Positions 1 through 13,453 of a stretch of DNA of 64,000 nucleotides are shown piece after piece. Positions within the stretch are counted from its first letter, which is position 1; each line of letters starts with the position of its first letter. Position numbers and translations under genes: made by a program. The stretch comes from Paraspadella gotoi. Taxonomy: Eukaryota > Animalia > Chaetognatha. The stretch lies in assembly GCA_051294375.1 (NCBI GenBank), contig CM119263.1:16470532-16534531 (forward strand). The letters are read 5' to 3'. A model generated the notes under the pieces. That model was not told where the DNA came from and searched no databases. It was given only the letters and a program-made list of their open reading frames with translations.

Positions 1-310
1 GAGGCTAACACTCAGAGTTGCCTGGCGACGTAAAATTGGGTTTTCACTTGCCTACTTTCTGACATAATTTTAGGTTATGTTATAATATTTTGGGAGCGCG
101 TACACTTTGGGGTTTTTTTCCCGCAAAAATAATCCATGAATGCCTAAAGTTTTCGAACTTGAGAGAAGTTATCCACGTTCATCTGAAAAGGCGTAAACGC
201 TCATCTCCAGCAGTTCGGTTTTGGTGTAATAATGTCGGAAGGACATCGGATTGACACCGGAAACGTTTTCCTTTTGGGTTTTGACCCGGGAAATTTTCCC
301 AGGTGGAGAG

Positions 311-371
<61 letters not shown>

Positions 372-1831
372 ATGATGAGACGAGCGAGCAGAGAAGAGAG
401 ACAGCGTACCGATGACTAAGATACAGGGAATGGTGAGAGGGGACGACTGAGGCATGAAGTCATTCTCGAAATACAGCATAATCAGAGGACATTGGTGTCC
501 TTGGAGTAACGGTTATGTAAGAGTAGGAAGATAACACAGAAGTGGATAAGGACGGAGATGGAGAGTTAAGAGGTAGGGAAGTGAAAAGTGTAGATAGTGA
601 GCAGCAGAGCGCATTGCTGAGCAGTGACAGAAGATGGGACTGAAGGCTCAGGACGTATAGACGTGGCTCGCTCTGATAGTCGTGCAAAAGGTGAAGCAGT
701 AGCGAATACATAAAAGATACATAGACAGAACATGAGATGATGATGTAGGAAGGACAGAATATATGTCGATGATATATTTGGACGAAAGCTATAAAGGGGA
801 AAAAAAGAAAAAAGCGCAAGGAACGAAGAATATACGAATCGTTGATTGTTTAAAGAAACAAAAAACATGGAGCTGAGTTTTCCGAAAAAAATAATTCCCA
901 ACACAAAACTATTCGAAAACCGAAAGAAAAAAAAAATATCTTGGTATTAGTAATATTCTTCAAAAAAAAAGAAAGACAAGAAAGAAAGAAAAGATACGAG
1001 GGCGAAAAGGAAAACAATGAAGCTCATTCCCAACAATCGGAACTCTGCTCGAATCTGTTTTCCCAGCGCCTCTATTAGGTTACCCTTCCGAAGGGCGAAC
1101 GGTTGAAACCGACAAAAGAACAATAGGGGGGAACTCCATCGCGAGAATGTGAAGAGGGTGGACGATGATGACGATGACGATTTGGAGTGGCGAAGAGATG
1201 AATACGGCTAAGAAGGTGCGACGTCGGTGATGAGGATGATGACGTGAGTATCACAGAAAAAGAAGAGGTGACGTTGATTGCCCAAAATGATACAAAGAGA
1301 CATTTATCATTACCATCATTTTCCTCGCATTTATTCAATTTTCGATGAAAAGGTTTTTTTTTTGGCTCAGACGAGTAGTGGAGTTAAGCCGACGTCGAGT
1401 AAAACCGAAAATCAACATCAACGAAAAAAAAAAAAAAAAGAAAAACGGAAGATGATTGAGTCCGATGTTACGACGACGACGACGAGCGACAACGACGATC
1501 GAGATGATGAAGACGACGATCGAAATGAAAGAGCGAGTTTTTGCAAGTCTTGCCCAAATTCGGGCTTCCGAAATCCTTTATAAACCTCGTTAACCGAAGG
1601 TTGGATCTTTCCCGCCGATAAACTTCGAGGTTCGATCAAAAACTAACTCCAAATCTCTCCGCGATCGACTTCACACGCTGCCTTCGTCCGTTTCAAAACG
1701 AACCAATCCAATCATCTAACCTCCCTATCCCTTCAACCCCTTCAACCCCCCCTCTCCCCCGTCCGAAGGCTTCTTTCTCCTCATCGTTCGCGATCCGGAT
1801 CGAGAGAGGAGAGAAGGAGAGAGAAGAGGAG

Positions 1832-1891
<60 letters not shown>

Positions 1892-2763
1892 AAAGAGAAA
1901 GAAAATTGTTTTTTCGATTTTTATTCTCTTTTTTGGTGATTTTGGAGCAAAACGTATCAGCGAAATAAAACAACAACAAAACTAAGACCGTTGAAAAAAA
2001 AAATTGTATTAGCGTATAAAACCTGGCCAATTTTCTCTTTCAGAACATTTTTCTGCTGTTGTGATAAAATAAAGCGAATGAACAAAAAAAATTCTTCGGT
2101 CGTTACTCGTAAGCCGTTACATGTTGACGTTTTCATGCGTTACAGGATGTGTTTTTCTTCTAGCATATTAATCATCCGAAAAAAAAGGAAATACAAAAAA
2201 AAAAAAAAAAAAAATTTTTCGCTCATATTTGACGGAGAACGCATACAACCATTTTCACCATCATCTACATTAATCTCGCCAACTGAGTCGTAAAATGACG
2301 ACCACTCGTCAAAAGGCGACTTGTAAATTCTTATAACGGTCACCGAACAGAAATTCGAAGATTTTCCGGATTAAAAGGACGAATGAGAAGCTCGTCGCGG
2401 GAACCGAGCTCACGCGTCGCCCCTTTTCTTACCTCACCATTTATTACCCACTTGGCCCGGAATCAAAATGAGAAACTTTAACGAATTCGAGCTTTTTTCG
2501 AATGATGGAAGAACCAAAATCGTCTTTTGCACCTTCTCTCCGTTCACAGGTGAGTTAAATATAAATTACAACGAATTATTTTTGATCGAGTAAGGGATTT
2601 TTAAATTTATGAAGTCTTAGAAAACAAAAATCACAAAATAATATTGGTTTTAGGTCCCCCTGGGCCGCTCCCGGGGGCTGCCTCGCGGGGCGGGGGGCCC
2701 TTGGCTCTCTAAAACCGGAGGGCGGGTAGTTTTGGAAGATGACATATTGCTCTCTCTTTCCAG

Positions 2764-4266
2764 AATCGGATCGACGGCAACACGGTGCTCCACAAGGCGG
2801 CCTACTTCGGAAGGCTCGCGACTCGTTAGTCAACTCATCGACTGGAACGATTTTGGATCAGAAGAATACGGCGGGGAGACAGCGCTGACTTACTCGTTGC
2901 TGGCCAGACAGACACAGGTAATAGAAAAAAACAACACTTTATTTGAACTATTAAGCGTCTTGACTAGACCTGAATATTAAAATAATCGGCTCTGTTATGC
3001 ACAACAAAATATAAAAAAATCCGGAAGCGAAACAGACGGTTCACGAAAAGAAGAGACTCTCTTATCCATCACTTCCTTTTATATTTACCCCGTAAATCCT
3101 AATAGAAGCAGCTTTTGTTTGATATCTTCCTCCTTCAAATAGGACTCGATTAAACGTATCATTTTTCCTCCTTTTCTTATTTCTTAGAAAAAAAAAAACT
3201 ATTTTTTCTTCCTCTTGCTTGTTTTGTTTTTTCTTTCTCTTTCGTTTTAATGTATTAAGTTTTCTATCCCTTTCTCTCTTAAAAAGTTCTAAGAATAAAA
3301 AAATAAAAGATAATAAAAAAATCATTAAACATTTTATTCATTTCATGAGCCATGAGGCATCGATCACAAATATTCTTAATGGCTGGGATCGATGTAGACG
3401 ATAAATCTATTAAAACGATAGGATGAACAAAAAAAGAGCCAAGTGAATTGTATACTCCATCATTTTCAACTCACTTTCCTTCCCAGGTCTCTCGTCTCCT
3501 CATCCAACACGGCGCCGACGTTAACGTTCGTCCGGTCGGTCGGAAGCAAGGTGCGCCACGCCGTTGCCAAGCGAGCTATGGTCAACGAGGCCGCCGCTAT
3601 GGTGCGTTAATCGTCGACGCCGGGTGCTCCATCTCCCAGAGGCATTCTGGACTAAACGTTTCGGGTGGGCGGGAAGTGGGGCGGTAACAAGTGAAAGAAA
3701 AAGGGGAGGATAAAGGGGGCACTATGAAGCGATTACGAAATAACTAACCTAATTTTTCTTTTACTAAATCCTCATTTTCTTTGAAACAAGAGCAAAATGT
3801 GAAATATAACTGTTGGTGACGTTTATAAAACCAGGAAACAGCCAGCACTCTACTTGTGTCATTTAATTCTAAACCGTTTTTTTCTTTGTCAAAGATAGTT
3901 TTAATATTAAAATTAAAAAAAATTTTTTCATAGAACATGGGATCTGAATTTTTTTCCGTAATTTCTGAGGATAGTCGAGATGATTTGATTTGTCTCTTGC
4001 CCGAATTAGGTGGACGAAATCAAAGACTACGCCTCCAAAGACGAGATGGCGGCGCTCGGCTGCGTCTGGCATCACTACCGCACCTGCCGCCCTTCCTCAC
4101 TCCAGCAACTCTGCGCAAAGCCATTCGGTCCCAAACTGCGGAAAAGCGCCAAGGGACGAGACATTTGGGGACGGATCGAGACGCTGGAGTGTCCAAAGAT
4201 CCTCAAGAATACCTCACCTTCAGGACGCCTAGCGATTTCGGCTGCGGTGGACGTCACGACTGGTGA
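2764..4266 (+). CDS. Ankyrin repeat and SOCS box (ASB-type) protein; partial, several frameshifts (assembly errors or pseudogene)
   Basis: Exons about 2764-2917 (DGNTVLHKAAYFGRL..LVSQLID..GGETALTYSLLARQTQ|gtaata), 3487-3664 (VSRLLIQHGADVNVR..LIVDAGC) and 4010 onward (PSSLQQLC/RKAIRSQ/LRK...IETLECPKILK/EYL = SOCS box consensus). Frames must be switched several times to read these motifs. Confidence 0.8.
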
Positions 4267-5467
4267 TGATAAACCACCCATCATGCTGGGTGGCGGCGAC
4301 GGGGGGGGTATTGTCCCTGCCTGCCTCTGCTGCCGAAAGGGAAAGGGAGTCAACCCAAGCTGAAAATGTGATTGCCCTGGTTGTCGATGTGGATGAGGAG
4401 CCTAGTAACTCGGTTGATGCTGGGGTTTATTGCGTCCGCTTCCGCTGACGGCATCCGCTCTGCCCCCACGCCGCTTCCGTTTCCACAGAAGCCGATGGTT
4501 GATGACGATGAATCTTCCCGACCGATTCCCTCGCGCAATCTTCGACTCTTGCCTGGAAGCGGTCGTCGAAGACGTGTCTCGACTTCAATGACCAAAACAA
4601 ACATACTAACGACTCATTCGCACGTCTCTTCATGTTTCATCTCTTTTTCGAAGAAGCGCCGTCCATCCCCTTCGTCGCAACAACGACTCCGTCGATTCCG
4701 CTCGCGATTCCGCCAGTCTCGAAGCTCGATCGGCGCCGCCGTCGACGAGGCCCGCTCTTGAACGAGGCCGCGTCCGAAAAGAAAACGATGCGCTCCAGAT
4801 TCGGTAATGAAGACAACGTCGATGCCAACTCGTCCGTCGTTTCCGCCGACGTCGTCGTCGATGATCAAGCGGGCAGGCGTAAACCGTGTCTCTCCGTCTC
4901 GTCATCGGCGATATTCGCGGGTGTCCGGAACGCGTCACCATCGACGTGGCTATAGTCACGTGACTTTTGAGCGATTAAAGAGTTTTGATTTTGATACATA
5001 TCATGTGCGATTTTTTTTTATGCTTTATTATACGATTTTATATTCTTATACTTTTTTTACAACAAAGTTCGTTTATTAAGAAACCATCGCATTCTTCGAT
5101 AGAGAGCGCAAAGACGCAACTTATCTAAACATCGGGTCACCGAGACGTTGGACATGAAACTTACATTTTTACGGAGACTCCGAACAAAAAGAACTCTTTC
5201 CAAGTCCGGCTCGGTTTTGAAATCAAAACTCAAAAATCTTCCGTGTTAAAAATACTTTTCTGTCTCCGAAGGTGGATGCCTTTTCTAACGTTTATTCTTT
5301 ATTGTCCATATATATACCGTAAAAGCTTATAACTGCTGGCACCATCTCCATAGATTCTTATCGAAATTTCTCTCCTTTTTTTCGCACCTTCAATTTTGAT
5401 CGATAAGTTCTGGGGCGCGAATCTCTTCGCCTCACCCATCACCGTCTCTCCTTCGGTTGATCAAACA

Positions 5468-5577
5468 CTCCCGCTTGTCACGCCCCCCTCTCCCGTCTGA
5501 CACGCTCCCCTCTCCCGATTGTCACGCCCCGCCTCTCCCCGCTTGTCACGCTCCCCCCTCTCCCCCTTGTCACGCTC
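5468..5577 (+). repeat. Minisatellite, five units of about 21-23 bp, consensus ctctcccgcttgtcacgc(t)ccc
   Basis: Directly visible tandem units. Confidence 0.85.
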
Positions 5578-6637
5578 GAGCCTTCCTAAAAGACGCCATT
5601 TCTCCCACGTCACTCAATTCGTGCGACTGTTAACCGCTTCTTTTTTTTAAGACGATCAAGTTTAAGGTTTTACTCCTTTTTTTTTTCTCTTTTTTTTAGC
5701 TGATCCCAGTCATACAGCGACCCGTTTCTTATTCGATCACAGACCACTTTTATCTCTAAGTCTATTTATATCTTTTTCCAATTTGCTCCTATCTTTTTAA
5801 ACGCTCAAAGCCAGTTCGATTCTTATTTTTTTCGAAAAAAAAAAAAACATTAAATCTTTTTATTGTTTCTAAAAGTTCCCATTGTGTTTCGCCATTTTTC
5901 CCTCTTTATCTTTCATTTTTCGCTTGTTTGACGTCGGCCCACCAATCTTAGTATTCCGCCGGTCCTTTTCAATGAAATACATTTTTCACATCTTACATGT
6001 TCAAGTCCTCACAGTTCGCGCATTTCGTTCCACGTCGCCTTTTTTTCTCTCAAGAGCCACGCCCCATTTCTTTTCCCTTTTTTTGGCCTGCGAAAATCGA
6101 CTTGTTCGCGCGATTGGTGTCCTCGTTGCGGCGAAGAAGGAATGGCTTCAATTCCCGACTTAAATGACGGAAAAATTTGTCAAAGGTGGAGTTTGGAAAG
6201 CGTTCGGCTCATGTAAGGGAAAAGAAACAAAAAACCGACGCGCACTTGGTTGAGGAGGGGGGAAGTGATTATTGGCCAAAGTTGATGAGTTATATGTGTA
6301 AATAAAGAACCGGATGGCTTGGTGAAGATGGGAAACGGTAAGGTAATCTCATGAGAAGTGAGTTAAATAAAGAAGCACTAAAGAGACTTATAGGACTAAT
6401 AGGAAAATTTTAAATATGATAGCTTCAAGAGATGGGGTCCCTCGGATCTTGAGCGATTATCATGGTCATGGCGCTTCGATTAAAAGTTGGAGACCGGAAA
6501 TTAAAAGAAAAAAAATTGATCAGTGACATCGCGAAAGGCGGAGGCAGCCAAAAATAAACTCGGATCGCAAGCGGTAATGAGTTTGGAGAGAGCGTTTTTT
6601 TCTGGTTTCTTCTTCCTCCTCTCGTTTCTCTCTCTCT

Positions 6638-6672
<35 letters not shown>

Positions 6673-6900
6673 GTCTCTCTCTCTCTCTCGCCTCGACTCT
6701 CCTTTGTTTTTCCTAAGTTCCCTCAGCGATTTTATCACTCTCAACCTCATATCGATCTTTCCCCTTTTTTTTATCGCTCGCTTCTCCGTCGTCGTTTAAT
6801 TTTCTTTATTACCCTCAGTTTTTTTTTAAACCTTTTTTCCATTGTTAATTACACTTTAAAAAAATCCAGAATGCCGATGCTTTTACTGGACTTTCGCTCG

Positions 6901-6941
<41 letters not shown>

Positions 6942-7138
6942 CTCTCTCCTCTCTTCTCTCTGGGCTCTCTCTCTCTCTCTCTCTCCACCTCGCGTGAAAA
7001 AAAAAATTAAAAGTGAGGTGAAGTTTTTTGTCAACCCTTTTACTTATCCTCTCAATTCATAACTCGTTTCCTCTGGCCGCACTTGCCTTCTTACCGTCTC
7101 TGCTGCTCCTTCTNNNNNNNNNNNNNNNNNNNNNNNNN

Positions 7139-7173
<35 letters not shown>

Positions 7174-8218
7174 ACCTCGCATGAAAAATTAAAAGTGAGG
7201 TGAAGTTTTTTCAACCCTTTTACTTATCCTCTCAATTCATAACTCGTTCCTCTGGCCCCACTTGCCTTCCTTACCTCTCTCTCTCTCTCAAAAAAGGAGA
7301 GAGATCTCCTCTCCTCTTTCTCTCTCTCTCTCTCTCTCTCTACCCCTTGCTAATCTCCCGCGCGTTCCAAAAACCTAAAGTATCGCGATGACGCGTGCGA
7401 ACGGCGAAGGCGCAGAGAACACTCGGGAGCTGAGTTGAGAAGATGGNNNNNNNNNNNNNNNNNNNNNNNNNNNNNNNNNNNNNNNNNNNNNNNNNNNNNN
7501 NNNNNNGGAAAAGCGGAGACGAGAAATGTTGAGAAGGAAAGGTAGATGGAGTAAGGCGAGGTGTAGAAAAGGACACAAAAGGGGAAAGGAAGGAAAGAAG
7601 AAGAGAAAAGGGGACGAGCAGGAAGGAATGGTGTAAATGTTCGAAAAGAGAGGGAAAAAATAGACATAAAGGGGAAAGACAAAGAGGTGAGTGAGAGGAA
7701 AAAGATTAAGGGGAAGTAGAAAAATTTGAAGAAGATGGAATGGCAAAAAGGTTGGAAAGAAATGAATTTAAAAAAAAAGTGAATGAGAAGCGAGAAGGAT
7801 TGAAAAAGAGTCGAGGAATCGCGGGAAACGTTGGATAAAAGTAGAAGTGGAAAGAAAAAAAGGAAAGGGAAAAGAAGTCTTTACTAGGTAAAGGAAAATA
7901 AAAAATCAGGGGAAATTCTTATTACTAAAAAAGGGGGGAATTAACATAAATAACGAGGGGAAAATTAAAGACGAGCCGTGCATGGAAAGAGAGGAAGTAA
8001 TGATTAATATTATAGAGAAAGCGGGGGGGGGGATAGAAATATTGCCGTGAGGTGAGAAAAACTTTGAGGGGGGGGGACGCGTTCACGCACGTGCCATAGA
8101 AAAAACGCGATCCCGGGCTCGAGCGCGCCGGGCGATGGATGCGTGACGAAGGTTTCCGCCGGAAACGACGCCGAAGGACGCCGGTTCCATCATCGGCGCC
8201 GGAGTCTCGCCGGAGCAG

Positions 8219-8272
8219 TGATGACGTCATGCCGGGTCGTGATGACGTCACAGCGGGGTTCTGATGACGTCC
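8219..8272. promoter_or_regulatory. Cluster of three TGATGACGTC (CRE/ATF-like) motifs in a GC-rich island
   Basis: TGACGTCA at 8222 and 8243, TGACGTCC at 8265. Could instead be coding DDV repeats. Confidence 0.35.
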
Positions 8273-9922
8273 ATGGAACTTGGCCGAAATCTCGCGTCGG
8301 ACGTGAGGAAGGAGAGAAGTAGTGGGGAATTGAGGTGAGAGGGAGTAAGAAAGGGGGAAGGAGGAGAGAGAAAGAGAGAGAGCGAGACAGTAAGCAAGGA
8401 TTACATATACTAAAGATCTTAGAGTTATAGAAAAGATCAAGTTAAGATTACAAGAGGATTTGAGAAAAGAAAGAGAAGAGAATAAAAATCCTTTTGTTTC
8501 AAATTTGAAGAAACTAAAATTTATTCCGACATGTGCAGTTTCTTTTTTTTTTTTTGGTTCTTTTTGTTGCGAGATTTCGGAGAGAATCGAATTTCCGCCC
8601 GGCACTTTTTTTTTCTTCCCTTGTTGGCTCTCTCGGAGGCAAAAGCCGTTTGTGAACTCAACCGAAGTTTTCCTCCAAGACAAGAAAACCTTTTTCTCCC
8701 ACAACTTTCCCCGAGACCTTTCCTCTGACCTCTATTTCCTCACCCTCTTCCTTTACTCACCCTCGATTCTATTCTCTCCGACTCATCTACGCTCCAGTCG
8801 CTCCACCGGCCAACCACCCCTTGTTAACGAACCACCGCAGCGACATCTTTCTGTCAATTCTAATTTTTCACTCTAGCGAGTTCGCCCGTGACTTCGCCAC
8901 CTCAAACTCTCGTAGATCTTCTCGTCCACCTTACGTTCCACTTTTGCCGAAAACCTTCGACCACCTCGTTTAGTTTCGTCGCGCGGCGAAAGACTTGGGA
9001 GAATTTTCATCAAAAAAATGCGGTCGCCATATCGATTCGCTTGACCTCGTCACCAACCGCCATTGGTTATTGTTTTTTGTTTTTTTTTCGACGGAACTTA
9101 ACTTCTCTATCATGTTTTTCTCCATCCCTATCTACTTGTTATTCCCTCTCCTTCTCAACACTCTCATACCTTCAGGCCTCCTATTTTATTATCCTTGACA
9201 AATCATCATCTCTCCTTTCCAACATCCCATTCCCTATCCTTACCTCGATCCTTTCTCCTCACCACAACCAACCCACACCGCCACCGGCCCGTTCCCCTCT
9301 TCTTTTTCATCTCTATTTCTTCTCGTCAACTCTAACGAAAAAAAAAAAGGGTTTGTGCCGACCTTTGATTTTTGACCCCTGACCTCCTTATTATCTAGTG
9401 TTTTCCGTCTCATTCTTTTCTTTTCTCCCGATTTTTTTTTCTTTCTCGCAAAAATCGAAAAATATATTTGTACTGTGTTATGGAGGGATTTTTTTAGTAT
9501 TCAAACATACGTACGTGTTATTAGTTTTTTAAATTTTAAAATGCATGGGAATGATTTAATATTTAACTATTTATACACCTATTTTTAGCCCTCCAAAACA
9601 AATTTTCCCCCCCTTATGTTTCACTATTTCCCCTTTTTCGTTTTTCGATATATATTTGCTTCGTCTTTATCTTGAAAGTGACACATGTTTCGCTGCCACT
9701 TCCCACCGATAAAGCCTTAAAGGGCTGCGTATTTCTCTTTCTGGTTTTTTTTTTCTCACTCTCTCGTTCGAAATGTCCGACAACCACCTTCTGCTTGTAT
9801 TCAATTTTAAAATACGTCTGTTGTAAACATAATAAACGTAATACAAGTCTTTGCGAATTAACAGGTTCTGCTGCAAGAGAGATGGTATCTCTCTCATCTT
9901 CTCTCCTCTCTCCTCCTCCTCT

Positions 9923-9974
<52 letters not shown>

Positions 9975-10426
9975 CTCCTTTCTCTCTTTCTCGTCCTCTC
10001 TTGTTTTCACAGGTTTTTTTTTTCTGTTGAGAACAAAATCACCTCTGGAACCTCGAATTACAGAGAAAACGGAGATAAAATGTCCCACCGGAAAAATGTC
10101 GTTCGTTCAACCATAAGAATAAAAAGACTATTATTTTTCTTTTTACATTTTCGACATTTAATGATGAGAAAATTAAGTAATACTTTAATAACTCGTTTAT
10201 CATTTTTTATTTTCTTTGTTAACGACCGCTTTTATACTTTTAAATATAAATTTATAGTCCTGCAGTAATAGTAATTTGTATTTTCATTCCGTATTACATT
10301 GTTCATCTATATTTTTTTTCTTATAACTTTTTTTCTTTTTAGTTATTCCAGATTATATGTTTATTTTTTTAAATAAAACACAAAAACACTAAATAAATAA
10401 AAAAGAAAAACAAAAACAACCAAAGA

Positions 10427-10976
10427 ATGGAGGAGGCGTCGCTGATCTCAATGGCGACCGAGTTGGTTACGTCAACGTCGTCAGCTCTGGATTTTTGGAA
10501 AAAACATCCGATCATCGAATTGGCGAAAGTGACTCTCGCCGTGTTGGGCCTTCGTCTGGACCTCGTCCGAACAGACGTGAGCCTTTTAATAAATACAGTA
10601 ATGCTAATGAAAAAACAAAATACTATGACATAAGAGACCGGAAAAAATAACCCCACAAATTAATCTTTCAGTAGCTTGCCCCCCCCCAAAAAAAAAAAAA
10701 TAATTCTGTTTGATCTCGACCCCTAGTTTCAGCCGACACTTCGACGCAGTATTTATTTCTCCCTTGACAAAAGATGGAATTATTTACGTTTACGCTCGAC
10801 GACCATAACAACAACGACGATACGTGGAGGTTCCACAACAACCTCATGGTCGTCTGTTCAGTCTTTCCAACCGACTACGCCGACGACGATGAAGACGACG
10901 ACGACGACGACGACTCGACTGGGGAAAAGCGAAGATGATTTTCTTTTTATGGATTTTGTCGTTCGGAAGGACGAGA
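10427..10976 (+). CDS. Possible two-exon ORF of unknown function (10427-10576, about 10733-10976)
   Basis: ATG ORF MEEASLIS...VRTD|gtgagc joins in phase 0 to tttcag|PTLRRSIY...Thr-rich. Alternative frames are also open; no family recognised. Confidence 0.25.
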
Positions 10977-11889
10977 GTAAACAAAAAACATAAATCTGAT
11001 CTTCGTTATGAAAAAAAAAACGGGATGAGGAAACGAGAGAAGATATATCCCAATACTTAGCAATGCTGAATATTTAAATGTTTATTATTTGACATAATGA
11101 AACATTTAAATATAAATAAAATATGGTCCTTGGTGGTAATTTTACCTAAATATTTGTTTAGCAAAGATATTTGTTTTTTGATCAAACGACGATTTTATGT
11201 AATCAGCGCTGAGGAAGTCTCGAAACAGAGTCGAAACATGTCTGATTTATATGAAATAAAATCGTTGTTTGACCAAAAACAAATCTCTTTACTAATAATA
11301 AAAAAAACAAAAAAACAAATAACGAAACGAAAGGATAATATCGAATAATGACTAAATATTTTTCAAATTTTAAGAGTAACAATTTAATAGTGAAAATGGT
11401 AATTAAACTATAAAGAAAAAATATATTTTCAAAAGAAGAAGCGTAAATTAAGGAAAATTTTGCTTTTTAAGCATTTCTTCTTGAGTTTTGGCGCAATGGG
11501 TAATAAGTAAATTCTTGCTCAGAACGAATTGATCATCAGTACAAAATCCTTCGGTAAATTTTTTAATTTGTCGGAAAAACGACAAAAAAAGTCTTGACTA
11601 ACTCACGTATGTCACGACACTGACTGACACTTCGACTGTCAATATAATTCTAATCCGTGGGCCAAAGAGGAAACCAGCCGAGGGACGATCTCCTTTTTTT
11701 CTCCTTTTTTTCCCATTTTTAACGTCGAAAAAAGAAAAAGAAAAAGGAGAATCGTTTCGTCCCTCGCCTGTTTTGTCACAGAAACACGAAAAGGCCAGAA
11801 ACGGTAAATCGATTTCACTTTTTTTTTTATCTATCTATCTCTCTCTCTCTCTTTTGCCTCTATTTTCGGTTCCAACTCTATTCCGCCAA

Positions 11890-12002
<113 letters not shown>

Positions 12003-12029
12003 CCACAGCCTTCCTCGTCCCCCCACTCC

Positions 12030-12680
12030 TACCCCCGCTTCGCTCGACGCCACCCTTTCGTCGCCTGGCTCTCTTCCTTCGCCACTGGGTACGCGGGTTC
12101 TATTCTTGCCTGCCTCCTGGTGGGCGAATCGATCCTCAAACCCCTGACCAACCCCACCTCGCTCCTCAACGCCACCGTCGCCTTTCTCCTCGTCTTTCAC
12201 TCGCCCTTCGACATCGCGGGCCGGTTGTTGTTGTTGCCGCCGGCGAGGCTGGTGCTCGNNNNNNNNNNAATCGCGGCCGAGGTGAAGACGTCACGTCGTT
12301 GATGATGGAAATGATGATGAAGATGATAATTCTAAATCGCTGATAATGATGTTAATGACGACGACTAAGTTTCTTAATCGTGAGCTCTCTTTCTTCGACG
12401 TATCTCGAAAAAATGTTTCTTTAATCAATCTCTTCACTTTGTTATCTATAATTCTATATCCATTCTACCTCCGTCTTAATTCGTCTTCCTCCTCCTCCTC
12501 CTCCTCTTCCTCCTCCTCCGCTTCCTCCCACTTCCTCCCTCCCCATCGATCTTTGCCTTTGGTTATTCGCGTCGAGTCTTTGTTGTGCCAAAAAAAGAGG
12601 AAGACGAAAAAATTATAAGTTTTAGGTCAAATTGGAGCCAAGGGAATGAATATCACCGAACAGAAATTACTTATGTACGA

Positions 12681-12759
<79 letters not shown>

Positions 12760-12958
12760 TCTCGTCTCGTCATGTTAAATCTTTCTTTCTACTTTATTTT
12801 TAACTTACTCTTTTACCGTTACTTACTTTCATAAACGATCTTGATGAGCTCTGGGCCACAGTAAAATGCGCCCCCCGATTTAAGTCGGTTCATGTCAAAA
12901 TGTTCAATGTTTAGTTCTACTCCCCCTCCCCCCCCTCTCTCTCTCCCTCTCTCTCTCC

Positions 12959-13002
<44 letters not shown>

Positions 13003-13453
13003 ATCCTCTCTCATAGATCTTACCCGCCTGTGGGCAACATTCAGTCTCCGGCGTCAACTACGCCGCCCGAACTTCCCTCGGTCGGTCCGCCTCGTTTCCG
13101 GCTCCATACCTCGTAGCGGTGGGCGTGGCCAAAGGAGCGGGAAGTTCCCTGCTGCTACCGGTCATCCGGCTGCTGCGGACGGGCGGTTCCGGCGGCGTAG
13201 CCTTCTCCGCCTCCAACGAGATCCTGCTGCCTTCTCTCTTCGTCAAGGCCTCGTTCTGGGCGTCGACGATGGCGACTCTCCACGCGCTGCGCCTCCTACC
13301 GGTCGGTCTCGAATTCCCGGCGCTTCACGTCTTCCTCCACGCCTTTTTCGTTCTCCTCCGCTTGGCGGCGACGCTGGGCGGCGGCGTGGATCCCTTCGTC
13401 GTCGTGGAAACGGCGTTCGGGGCGGCGCTGGCGGCGGCGTCGCTGCGTCTCTT
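12030..13453 (-). CDS. Unidentified exon-like GC-rich islands (about 12030-12300 and 13024-13453)
   Basis: GC/CpG-rich blocks in AT-rich background; polypyrimidine+AG near 13454 and donor gg|gtaaga near 13023 on the minus strand. No frame stays open throughout. Confidence 0.25.

Noticed and set aside
400-1640. Acidic coding-like patches upstream of the ASB gene
   Set aside because: Stops in all frames and no recognisable domain; cannot be tied to the ASB gene from sequence alone.
6984-7280. About 115-bp direct duplication on both sides of the 7114-7138 gap
   Set aside because: Typical unmerged contig overlap at a 25-N gap; not evidence of a biological repeat.
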